A stretch of 64,000 nucleotides of DNA from Pecten maximus (lineage: Eukaryota): positions 29,078,001 through 29,142,000 of the forward strand of contig NC_047016.1 in assembly GCF_902652985.1 (NCBI RefSeq), given 5' to 3'. A program made the translations under genes and the position numbers. The notes below the pieces were generated by a model. That model was not told the DNA's origin. It saw nothing but the letters and a program-made list of their open reading frames with translations, and searched no databases. Every line of letters begins with the position of its first letter. Positions within the stretch are counted from its first letter, which is position 1. Positions 14,201 to 26,042 of the stretch are shown here, piece by piece.

Positions 14201-14915
14201 ATATCACAGTTTTAATCCATCACTCCCCCGTACACCGTAAATCTCGTGTCGGACAGGTTTAAACTGTACACTTCATTGCCGTGTTAATAGTTCTAGTTTA
14301 TTGCCAGAAAACGTCGGATGGGTCATCTATCAACATCGCGAATCCTGGTCAGAGATCTCGTACACCTCTGCTTCATTTAGTACCGTTACGAGCTCCTCGT
14401 GGATAACAGGGAATGTTTTACATGGCGGACTTGTTTATGCTTTAATTCGAAATTGTTCTAAAGGGTGTGTTTAACTTAGAAAAATGAAACACGCATCGAT
14501 ACTGTTCTGCTTTTGAACCGGTTATTCCATTTTATAGAAACAAGTCTGATTATTGTATTATCATTGATGTGAAGTATTAATATGTCGAATGCATATCATT
14601 TCAAGTATCCTAAAGACAACTTTGCAAAAATATCAAATATTTCTAATAATTTAACAAATATGTATATTTACTGACATAAACCGATGACAAAATATTTCTT
14701 CTGTTTTTTGATGGCATCCATAATTAAAAGTTTTAGTTACACCTGCATTATAATTAATATGTTTTGTGTGTGTGCAATTGGGTTAATTAACAGTAAGGTT
14801 TACATATCAAACACCAACCATGCATAGATAATGAGACGTTACACATATGATTTTGGACTAAAGTAGGACAGCTGTCATCATGGATTATTTCAAACAAATT
14901 CAATAATGAACTCAC
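11299..14915 (-). other. Hox3 intron between hexapeptide exon and homeobox exon (3617 bp, GT-AG, phase 1)
   Basis: Canonical GTGAGT donor and pyrimidine-rich ttcag acceptor; splicing preserves the frame ([11 protein letters not shown]); typical Hox intron position. Confidence 0.93.
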
Positions 14916-15537
14916 CTGATAATTGTGACTGTGATTGTGCTTGCGACTGTTGTTGTTGTTGCTGTTGCTGCTGCTGAGGTGGAGTTGTTTGAGATTGTTG
15001 CACAGATTGTGTTGCTGGTGGTTGTTGTTGCTGTTGTTGTTGTTGCTGTTGATTCTGTTGTTGTGGTTGATTCTGTTGATTCTGCTGCTGTTGACGTTTT
15101 GAATTTTGCCTAGAATCCTTCATCCATGGATAAATCTCACCTTGTTTTCCAGGAATCACTGATCCGGTGTTTGTTCCCCCGGGGGGACAGGGCAGAGTCT
15201 GTATGCTGTGTCCGTTAGGGTACGGCTCGTTACCAGGGTAATGTGCCTGGGTAGGAATATATTCAGATCCATGTGAAGGATTATGGGAACTCTGAAGAGA
15301 ACACGGATAGAAGTCTCCACCAGGTGGAGAGGGGCTAGGATGCCCGTACGGTGCGTCAAAGGATGGGTATCCATTTTCAACAGGGAAATATGCCTGGTAT
15401 GGCGGCGCGTGGTTATAGTAGGCTGCTGTTTTGTGCATGTCTCTGTCTCTGCTAGTTAATTCATTCTCCAATCCATACGACATATTATGAGGGTTCAAAT
15501 CATCGCCGGAACAGCAGACGACCTGTCGATGGGTCAT
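14916..15537 (-). CDS. Hox3: Hox3 homeobox protein, coding exon 1 (N-terminus, hexapeptide, poly-Q linker)
   Basis: The ORF contains MHKTAAYY (cf. vertebrate Hox3 MQKATYY; ATG at 15438) and EIYPWMKDSRQNSK (cf. QIFPWMKESRQN). It ends at the donor TCAG|GTGAGT (intron starts 14915, phase 1). The first in-frame ATG is 15537; the conserved start is probably 15438. Confidence 0.93.
14917..15093 (-). repeat. Coding CAA/CAG trinucleotide repeats (poly-glutamine linker)
   Basis: Two Q10 runs and Q/N-rich sequence between YPWM and the homeodomain, seen directly. Confidence 0.9.
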
Positions 15538-15566
15538 GTGACTAATTATGCACCAATCACCTGTCA
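15533..15566 (-). promoter_or_regulatory. Compact motif cluster: TGACAG (TALE/Meis), CCAAT box, TAATTA, GTCACATGAC E-box
   Basis: Minus strand TGACAGGTGATTGGTGCATAATTAGTCACATGAC overlapping the first ATG; motif match only. Confidence 0.5.
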
Positions 15567-15597
15567 GCTTCTATACTCGGAAGAATGGAAGTTCAAC
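15538..15597 (-). other. 5'UTR portion of Hox3 coding exon 1, bounded by a splice acceptor
   Basis: Minus strand reads ggtttctctcttttcag|GTTGAAC at 15598/15597; an in-frame TAG lies between the acceptor and ATG 15537. Confidence 0.75.
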
Positions 15598-18240
15598 CTG
15601 AAAAGAGAGAAACCAAATACAACTGAAGAATACAATCCACTGCCGATTATTCTGAATTAAGCCGTGATGAAAAATGCATTAATTTTGTATCGTGGTAATA
15701 AATTTCACATAAATAACCTCGGACCTGACAAATATTTTGGTCGTATACAATAGCCTTTATAACACCTCCCCTCGCAGTCTGTCTGACTTGCGTAAGGACA
15801 CTTTGGAAAATTTACTGTTGCTTTCATCAAACTTTTGCATTGGTGTTCCAATTCAATGGATTCGGAGATCAAAACTTCACCGACCTATTCACAGTCCGCC
15901 AAACTTGTGTAAGGGGATTTAGTTTCATAAAGTCGGAAAATCAAATCGTAATTTGCAACGTATTTTGAGGTTATCGTTAATTATTTCATCCGCCCTAACT
16001 GATAATCTGTACCCAAACACCACCGGACTAGGCGCGGAATAATACCCCTGACACTTAATTAAATCCCGAGCAAGGTATTGTTAGTTTGATACATAATTAA
16101 CTGATTCATTTATAATTTTTTGTGTTTTTGTTTAATACGTATTTTATGTACAAATACTTATATACAAATTTCATATTAGATTAATATTAATGCATAACAA
16201 AGTAATATACTTAAAAAAATTATCAGATTTAAGAATTCTATTTATTTGCGAGATTACCGTAACTAAATAATTTATATAAATCATCTATTTTTATATTAAT
16301 GATTATGGATGATTCGATTCTGTCAGACGAGGCAATATGCGTAGGTAATAATGAAAGTCCGCTGTTGTGTAATATTGCTTTTACACTGTATGCAAAAACA
16401 TATTCGGATTGCTACAGTAGGATTTTAAAAATTCGGTTTCGCATACGTAAGTGAACTGGTTCTGTTAACAGAGACAGTGAAGAAAATAAAGTTTATTTTA
16501 GAATAATAATTACAGTGAAAACAAAATTGAATTACAATTGTAGATAGGTAAAGTTAGAGAAAAAAGCTTACATAACGTCTGCTAAAATGTAACAGTATGC
16601 TGTGGTATCTGGCACATTGTTATACATATCATTGAGCCTTTTGGATATATTCCTTTATGAGAAATCTCTGCATGATTACATGTAACATCCACACGTGTTC
16701 TGACTAAAACTGAAGACAGGAATAGGCAAACCATATCATTATAGGTGATATGATATCTTTGTTATTTCGTCTCAATTAAACCTTTCAAGAAAGGTGTATA
16801 TGTTTATATCAGCATGTCTTTTTGCATGCATGGTGTTTATGAAGTTCTATACTGATGTGCACCCCAGTTATCTCGTTCTGTGCAACGTGGAGCGGCTCAA
16901 TCAGCACTTCTCTAAAGAAATTCGATAACTTTTGCAATCAAGCATTACAAGCTATCTAAGTTAATTGAAATTGGAACAATTGAATTAAAACCAAAGACAG
17001 TGCTGGTTCTAGGTATCAGACGAGTGACTGGACCAAAAGTCGGGCCAGTTGTAGTCGTTTCCGTAGCCTCTAGATGACATGAAACTGTCTTTAGGTTGTA
17101 AATGTCAGGATTTATCACACATCAGCCATGACAGCTTCTGTCTAGATTGATACATGATAAATTGAACGATAGATTATTACGCGGGCTGTAACGGTAAATA
17201 GTAATCCGCGCAGAAAAATAATTCCACTTTAACTCCTTCAAAGGCGAGTAGCCGCGCACAGAACATAGTCATGATCAAAGCTGTAGATTATGAATTCAAA
17301 TCGTGCGAACTGTAACACCGTATATGACATTTCTACAAAACGCCCGTCATTCTATCATATAAATATATCCATCAAGTGTATAACAAGACCATCTCCTAGC
17401 TGGTGGGAAATAACTAATCGAATTATTCGCTTGTATTGCTCTTCTTACATAGAAGAACCATCATGTGGACAAAAATTATAGTGAGCGGTTGACATTATAT
17501 ATAGACGCTTTTTGATCGCCCTGGAGGCGCGATAGAACGTGTAAGCCTGTTATAAAGAAGGATAAAATCGTTAAAATAAGAATTAATGAAAATGTTTCTC
17601 GGTAGGCGGACCGCAGGCTGCCTAAAATGAATTTTTTAATGTTCAAAATTATGCCCAATTTACTTTTGAGAAAATTGGATTTTTGCAACATGGTTGAGTT
17701 ATGTTGATTTGTTCGTTTGAACTACTTTGATGTATCAGTTTTTGGTTTACTGAAAGCATGTTTCATTTCCGTTTAGTCGAAACATTTTCCACAAAATTGA
17801 AATTTCAATGAAACTTGCTCCTTTTGAAAACAAGTTGTTTTGTGAATGCGTCTCCAGTCAGCGTCAAGATTGACTCGGCTTTATAAACATATATACGTTT
17901 TAGATGTCACTTGAGCAAGAGAAAAACATATTTCGCATGGTTGTTTCATCAAACAAATTCCTGTTCTTAAATTGCCATGTCATGTCTAAGATGTCAAAAG
18001 TGTGTATGAATGTGTTGTTTCAAGCAAGGAGATGGGCATCTGAATTAAAGATTTTTGTAATTAATACCCATCAAACTGACGTAGTGAAATCGTAGCGGTA
18101 ACGACTGTAACTACTCATATCACATCATGAGGTAACCGGAACGGATGTCAGCGAAACTAACGGCTAAATATAGAACAGGATGTGACCCACAGAACACGTC
18201 CAGAAATGAAAACAAAAATATTCTATAGCTACACGCTTTA

Positions 18241-19445
18241 TGTTGTTAGTACAATAGGGTACGCGTTGTTAGTACAATAGTGTACGTGTTGTTAGTACAA
18301 TATTGTATGTGTTGTTAGAACAATAGTGTACGTGTTGTTAGTACAATAGTGTACGTGTTGTTAGTTCAATAGTGTACGTGTTGTTAGTTCAATAGTGTAC
18401 GTGTTGTTAGTACAATAGTGTACGTGTTGTTAGTACAATAGCGTACGTGTTGTTAGTACAATAGTGTACGTGTTGTTAGTACAATAGTGTACGTGCTGTT
18501 GGTACAATAGTGTATGTGTTAGTACAATAGTGTACGTGTTGTTAGTACAATAGTGTACCTGTTGTTAGTACAATAGTGACGTGTTGTTAGTACAATAGTC
18601 ACGTGTTGTAAGTACAATAGGGTACGTGTTGTTAGTACAATAGTGTACGTGTTGTTAGTACAATAGTGTACGTGTTGTTGGTACAATATTGTACGTGTTG
18701 TTAGTACAATAAGTGTGACGTGCTGTTGGTTACAATAGTGTCCGGTGTTAGTTACAATAGTGTACGTGTTGTGAGTTTTACAATAGGGTACGTGTTGTTA
18801 GTCACAATAGTGACAGTGTGTTTAGTACAATAGTGTACTGCTGTAGGTACAATAGCTGTATGTTGTTATTACAATAGTGTACGTGATTGTTAGTACCAAT
18901 AGTGTACGTGTTGTTAGTACAATAGGTACCGTGTTGTTAGTACAATAGTGCATCATGTTGTTACGATAACAATAGTGTACGTGTTGTTAGTACAATAGTG
19001 TACGTGTTGTTAGTACAATAGTGTACGTGTTGTTGGTACAATAGTGTACGTGTTGTTAGTACAATAGTGTACGTGCTGTTGGTACAATAGTGTACGTGCT
19101 GTTGGTACAATAGTGTATGTGTTAGTACAATAGTGTACGTGTTGTTAGTACAATAGGGTACGTGTTGTTAGTACAATAGTGACGTGTTGTTAGTACAATA
19201 GTGTATGTGTTAGTACAATAGTGTACGTGTTGTTAGTACAATAGTGTATGTGTTAGTACAATAGTGTACGTGGTGTTAGTACAATAGGGTACGCGTTGTT
19301 AGTACAATAGGGTACGCGTTGTTAGTACAATAGTGTACGTGTTGTTAGTACAATAGTGTACGTGCTGTTGGTACAATAGTGTACATGTTGTTAGTACAAT
19401 AGTGTATGTGTTGTTAGTACAATAATGAACGAGTCGTTAGTACAC
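18241..19445. repeat. 23-bp minisatellite, about 52 copies, consensus GTGTACGTGTTGTTAGTACAATA
   Basis: Tandem array read directly; 20-bp deletion variants; indel-rich patch at about 18710-18970. Confidence 0.97.
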
Positions 19446-19542
19446 AAGGGTAAGTGTTTTGAAAGTGTTTATCAACAGGAATCTGATCTGGCATCGATGA
19501 CATTAACAGTATTGCAGTTTGTTTGCAACAAAGTAATGTATT

Positions 19543-19902
19543 TAATTAAGGATTAACATCAATTATTTTTTTCTGTTATACAGTCATAACAGAAAAAACT
19601 GGAGTGTACTCTAAATAAACCGCGAAGCGGTTTATGAAGAGAGTACACTCCAATTTTTTTATGTTATGACTGTATAACATAAAAAATAATTAATGTTAAT
19701 TCTTATAATTTAATTTCGTCTTATACACACCAAGATATTTCACTTTCTTTGGCGAACTCTTTTCTGTGATAAATTATTACGCAACGTCATCAGCCAATCA
19801 AAAATGACGTTACATTTCGCAACGTCAAAAATTTTGTTATGGAGGTATAACAAAATTATTTCAGCCAATGAAAATGCGGGTTTCATACAAAATTAAATTA
19901 TA
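19543..19902. mobile_element. Non-autonomous palindromic element (Crypton-like architecture)
   Basis: About 75-bp inverted arms 19548-19704 centred on GCGAAGC, immediately followed by TATAATTTAATTT (19704-19716), whose reverse complement ends the element (19890-19902). No ORF. Family assignment is inference. Confidence 0.6.
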
Positions 19903-22900
19903 GCATGATGAACACACACACACAAACCTCCATCCAGATTTGATTCCCCGCACCACATGTGGCAACAGTCACAGAAAAAATGCACGTGATATGTAATGAA
20001 CCTGTCCTTTGCTGGCCCTTGAAATCGACAAATCATTGCCTAAACCTTTTAAGTTTAATTCTGATAGCAACTTTAAAATTAGGATGATGAATTAACAATA
20101 GATAAAGAGCCAAAACGACCTGGAGAAGAAATTATATGTATTATTCACTATGATATATTTCCCGTGCCACTGCCGTTCATGTACATATGATAATGGCTCT
20201 ATGATTACAAAGAATCATTTTATTCCCACACTTCACAGAATGGTGAATAGTTGTACGATATGATGTTACTGTAATCCCTTGGGCTGTTATAGATCGAACA
20301 TGCAAATATGTACCTTAATCAGGAAAGGGAAACAAACATTCCAAGTAATTCACATAGTTATTTGAACAAACCAATATATCAATAGAAAAAAAGATCAATT
20401 GACTAGTTTCATCATGTGGAGTTTAATTCACAGTTATCAAATTGGACATAAATCTGTACAATCCTTGGGGCTTTTTCATCAGGCCCATTTATTCCATTAT
20501 CTGCCTCTGTGACGATAGAAAGTAACACAGGTTGTCAAGTTTTGTAGAGACAGGAAATTGTTCTGCCTTTTTTGTAATTAGAGCACAGAAACTGTACCCT
20601 GTTTAAGCACGGTCCATTTGGCTAAAGCAAATTGTTTGCATATATTTAGATGGTATTTCATATGCTAATATCATACATGTTCACCTGAATGAAATCGAAC
20701 AGTAAAAGGCTCTTGTGTGTATTATATACATTTGAAAACAAAGGTTAAGTCATACACATGACATCAGTTATTGCTACTGTAGGACTTAGGATTAACTTGT
20801 TGCCAAATCATCGACTACGTTAAGCATGAAGACAACCGAGTTAGAATTACAAACTAATCGTTTAGCAATTGGCATAATAATGTATAGGATTTACATTCTT
20901 ATAACTTTATCTCAAATTAAGCGTGTGCTTGCATACATAATATTTCTACTGTTAAAATAGCAGGATTGGTCAGGACCGTTATACTGCCGTGAATGCAATT
21001 CGTTGCATGAAAGTTAATTACTGACTGTAGTCGACAGAACAAACATGTTTCATAGGAATGACCACTATATGGCTAAGGTCATCATCTTGTGTCCAATAGT
21101 TAATATTATAAGAAATAAATAAAGAAATAAGAAAATAAATATTCTTTAAAAAAGTTATCATTTGAGATCCCCACAAATGACTATCTATGTAAATGAATTA
21201 ACCCAATATAAAAACGCATTGAGTTAAGATCGTGTCTACTCGTGTGGACCTAAGTCTGCCATTTTTAGGAAGCGCCATTACATGGACCTTTTTGCTAGCC
21301 AACAATACTAGCTCTATATTTTACTTTCTACCCTAGAATGTAAGCTTACCCCAAGGATAATTGAGTGACCCATGGCCATCCTCTGCTGGATCTGCATCAC
21401 CGATTATCTGTGACGTTACAATCCTTCGGTGACAGAGGATAGACAGGTCCCCATGATGAATGGGGATTTCATTACTAGAAATGCAAACAATAACTGTTCA
21501 GCTACTGCAGATCAAAATTCTTCAAAACAGATGCTGATATCCTTGTTTGTCTTTGCTCGTGATAATTACTTTCAGCAATCATTTACAGGATATTCTTTTC
21601 ACTGAACAATTAGCAAATCATCTGTTCTGGATCCCACTTCCTGCTATAGCAAAAAACCTACTTTTATCATGTTACAGTTACAATGTCAGAAGGTCCAAAA
21701 TAAATAGATATGCTTAATAAACATAATGTAGTTACACCAAAATGATATAACCATTGCAATAATTGTGCAAAGCAATTTACGTTAACCAAACCCTTAGTCG
21801 TAACAAATACATTTCTATCTAACAAACTATAACGTAATCTGTTTTCCAAAATTATAAAGCTTAACAAATGGATAAGGTAAAACGTCATCCTAGTTCGTAT
21901 ATTTATATGTCTTATTTGAGGGCATGTTCAACATACAATAGATTATTTAAAGGACACGATATCTTGAACCTATCCTAGGCAGTGCCAGTGTAACCTGTAA
22001 GCAGTATTGCATCTGCCCGTGTCTTTAATTGACAGCGCGGGAACCTGGCTTAGTTTTCTCGTGTGTAATAGTATACGCCACAAATGACATATTTCGGTTT
22101 AAAAAGAGTATACAGTGCGGCAGGGGGCCCCTTTGATACTGTTGAAATTGATGTGGGATAGCCGGTAACTCTTCATAAACCATGGCCACCACCACCACAC
22201 AGATGAAAGTACGTCAGATTCCCGGCAACACTTCAATCATATCCAGGTCCCATTCCCCCCAATGCTTATAAAGGCAAATGTTTACACGATTAGACGGCCA
22301 GTCCAACGGGATGTGCGACTGATACAAAGGATCTTTGCGTTACAAAACAGATGTAGGATGATAGCATGGTGTTATCACAGAAAAGCAAGAAGGCTAATGA
22401 AAAAGACAGCCTCTCAATGTCTAGATGTAACGCATGGCTATTATCTAAGGTACTACAAACAATAGATCGACTGCGGTATATCTGTTTTCCGTATACTATC
22501 ATAACATATGATTTTTTTTTTTAGAAATAGATTACATAGTCAAAATGTCAAAAAAGAAAAATGCCAAAACGATCAAACTGCGTTCATATTCTCGATATTT
22601 TCATGGAATGGGTATGTGTGTAAGTCACAGATTGTCATGTGCGTTCATTGTTAAAACTATATATCAGAAATAATATGAAAGTATATACTTATATATTATT
22701 TCCCGTGTAATCATTGAAACTAATGCTATAGTGGGATGGATTTTCTGTTTACAATCACTTGAAATGTGAAGGCAAGTCTGCTTATATGATAGCACAATCC
22801 ATAAAAGTAACTTGTAATGGAAAATAAACCATTTTATTTACACAAGATACACTTACTGATGTCACATTCAACCTTCATATCCGACAATGATATTCAACTC

Positions 22901-24456
22901 TAAACATAATAACCCACAAATGATAATACTAGGTAAATAACACTCAACAGTTCAAGAACAACTTCCGGTTTCAGTTTTCATGAAAAAACACAATTGTTGA
23001 TTAGTTTCCTATTTTCCCATTAGAATGCTGAACTCAACCGTAAGGTCAAAAAAATCCCCATTTTAACCAATTTGTGTTTCCATTCAAGTGTTGCTACTAG
23101 GCTGCATGTGTACGGTCTCACCAATCCGCAGTGCTGATTCGTCCTGACAGCTTGGAAACGATACTTGCAATGATTTTATGAAGCTTGACACGTCCAAAAG
23201 GTACCAACAGTTAATCAGCAAGGATCACCGTGGCAGTACGAGATGTGTTCGTGAACATTACCATGCAATCAACATCGACAGATATATGGGTTTCCTATTC
23301 TCAGAATATTTCAAGAATCATACAAATTGTTTTTCATTTGATTTATATCCATATACACAATATTCAACTGTTTCCGTTATAGGAATTAAAAATCTAGTTT
23401 GTATAATCAGTTGCAGGATTTGGTCTAAAATCCATAAAGGAACAATGACCTTGTCTGAAAATAATTTTGATAACTATATACCTTCCTATTTTAAACATGT
23501 TTATTCAGAGAATACTCTATAAGGAATACTAAGCATTGTCGAGATGGTTTACTGTGATAAAAGTAAAAAAGCAGTATAAATCACATTAAAAGCTATTACT
23601 GAAGGCATGTCTACATATCTATCAGTCCAATATCAAATTAACTTGAGATAACACGTAGCCAAACATTTGATTAGTTACACGCACGGTACATGTATCATAT
23701 TCCGCGTATTTTGCGTGACGGTTAAAATCCAACTGTAACGTAATAACTGCGAAAACAATATGACGTCACATATTTTTTCAAGATTTGACGATTTGAAACT
23801 GTATTTAATGTGACTAACGCTCCAATTGACAGAAATCCTTGTCATCCGGTGACGTATTATTGATAAGTAATAATTTCGTGAATCATAAACAGAAATGCGA
23901 AACAAGTTTACCAAATATAAGCACTTTAACAAAACACTGGTACTTTTATTTTTGTAATATGCTGTTTAACTGTTAATATTCGCAGGGAATTTAATTTCAC
24001 CGGATTCCCGGTCATTATATAAAACGCTTAAATGATATCAAGGGAATATTTATATATAAACATATAGGCAAAAATGTCATGGAAAAAAGATAGGATATTC
24101 CGGAGGGTTGAACGCCACTTTTATAATCTCTGACTCTAAATCTAGGTCAAATCGTATTAATATGCCACAATAAGAGAAATGAAATAGTGAGACAACACAT
24201 TATCAGATTTGTTAACATCAGTGTTCATATTACCACACAAGGTAAATAGGATCGTAACGGTTTAACACACACATTGGTCTTCATTCATTTTACAATACAT
24301 AAAGCGAAGAATATGATTGAAATTTTATGTAAGAGTGTTTTCTATTCAACATTGATGTATATGATCATTTTCATATTATGGTTCCAATGAAACCCACGTT
24401 ATACATGGAAGATCATTAAACTATAAATCATATATGAGTTTAGCGTAACATTGAAT

Positions 24457-24612
24457 GGTGCTCGGGTTGCACAGTGGTAACACATTTGCCTGTGCAGTTC
24501 CCTCCCACATTAAGGCCCTTTCACGCGCTTCTATCCCAGTCAAAAAAAGTGATTAATATTAGTTGACATAACTTGTTTCACAGTTATTGTAAACTAATAA
24601 AGCCTATTTTTT
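24457..24612 (+). mobile_element. tRNA-headed V-domain SINE (BivaV-like), internally deleted
   Basis: Head GGTGCTCGGGTTGCACAGTGGTAACAC with an A-box-like motif, joined directly to the V-domain end CAGTTCCCTCCCACA; tail ends AATAAAGCCTATTTTTT. Confidence 0.6.
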
Positions 24613-25020
24613 AAATTGAACGTTCTCTGCTTAGAAATTCTGCCTGCTATAGCTAATATTTTTTTTTATAAATCCTAAAATATATATATATATATATATA
24701 TATTGTCAAATATTCAGGATCTTACGGAAGAAAATCTGCGACAAAAATAGATGTCTGCAATTAGACAAAGACATCGGACATCAAATCTATCAAATAGATA
24801 TATTAACAGACAGCCACGTGGGTTTTCTCTCGGTTCTGCAGTTCCCTCCCACATTAAGGCCCTTTCACGCGCTTCTATCCCAGTCAAAAAAAGTGATTAA
24901 TATTAGTTGACATAACTTGTTTCACAGTTATTGTAAACTAATAAAGCCTATTTTTTAAATTGAACGTTCTCTGCTTAGAAATTCTGCCTGCTATAGCTAA
25001 TATATTTTTTTATAAATCCT

Positions 25021-25054
<34 letters not shown>

Positions 25055-25163
25055 CAAATATTCAGGATCTTACGGAAGAAAATCTGCGACAAAAATAGAT
25101 GTCTGCAATTAGACAAAGACATCGGACATCAAATCTATCAAATATATATATTAACAGACAGCC
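24493..25163. repeat. Near-identical direct duplication of about 325 bp (24493-24815 and 24837-25163)
   Basis: The copies differ only in (TA)n length and about 2 substitutions. Confidence 0.95.
24814..24956 (+). mobile_element. V-domain SINE, 5'-truncated second copy
   Basis: GTGGGTTTTCTCTCGGTTCTGCAGTTCCCTCCCACA matches the V-SINE core (GTGGGTTTTCTCCGGGTACTCCGGTTTCCTCCCACA); same tail as the first copy. Confidence 0.65.
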
Positions 25164-25829
25164 TTACCCTGAGAAGCCAATCCCCTGCGACATGGAGACT
25201 TAATAAGGAAAATGAGGTTGGCATGCTACTAGATAGAAAAGGAATATTAAGGACAGGGAAAGTCATGCCCTCACGTTTGCTAGCACGTTTGAAAGTACGC
25301 TGTCATTGTTCCATTATGTTAAGCATACTTCGTAAGTCCTTTTTATATTTTTCAGCAAAATCAGGCATGACCTATATTTCCACCGACTGGAAAACATAAA
25401 AAGTCGTTAATCTTTTTAAAATCCAGGAAAAGAAGTCGACGTCATGTTTGAAGTATCATAATACACCTACATACATGTACCTAAAAAGGGTCAATTTAGT
25501 ACTTTCAGTATTTTGAAATTTTAGTATTCCCACGGATATATGCTAGGCATTTTTAAAGTGATCAGCATATATATATATATATATATATAATGACATTTCG
25601 AATTTTCAGAAGTCTGTTAATTGTCCAATCACAAAACAGATCTCACCATTGTATTCATCATGTCATACCACACCAATAGACCAAATTTCTACAAATCAGA
25701 ATCCTCCAGTGGGCAGCCATTTTGTGGACCATGTTTCATTGTGTATGGTTCATCTTAGAGAGTTTCCCAAAGTTATTAATTTCGTTTATTTTCATTTTGA
25801 TGCTTAAAATAGAACAAAATCTACTGATC

Positions 25830-26042
25830 CTGTTTAAATGTTTTAGCCAATCAGAGGCTACGACGGCCATCTTAGATAGTTTTCGGGAAAACAGAAAGTT
25901 GTTTGCACATCTAGAGGCCGTCATTAATTATCCCTCAAAGTTTGTTGAAGATCAGATATATTGTTTGAGAAAAGAAGAAGAAAGAATAAAAAGAATCGGA
26001 GTAAAAATAAAAGGTCTCAAAACTTCGTTTTGGCGACTGAAA
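25830..26042 (+). mobile_element. Helentron-type non-autonomous element (HINE/pearl-like) 3' part
   Basis: TTTTAGCCAATCAGAGGC..GGCCATCTT and AAGTTTGTTGAAGATC core-repeat-like blocks, an AAG/AAT microsatellite-like stretch, and terminal palindrome GTCTCAAAACTTCGTTTTGGCGAC (26014-26037). Confidence 0.55.

Noticed and set aside
14890-14915. ORF-track tail GEFIIEFV
   Set aside because: Read-through past the GTGAGT donor.
14925-15113. Plus-strand Val/Ala-rich ORF (also 10397-10618 and 15156-15380)
   Set aside because: Antisense or alternative-frame shadows of Hox3 coding sequence.
18241-19445. CRISPR-like periodicity (also 43497-45170)
   Set aside because: Head-to-tail repeats with no unique spacers, eukaryotic context, no cas genes.
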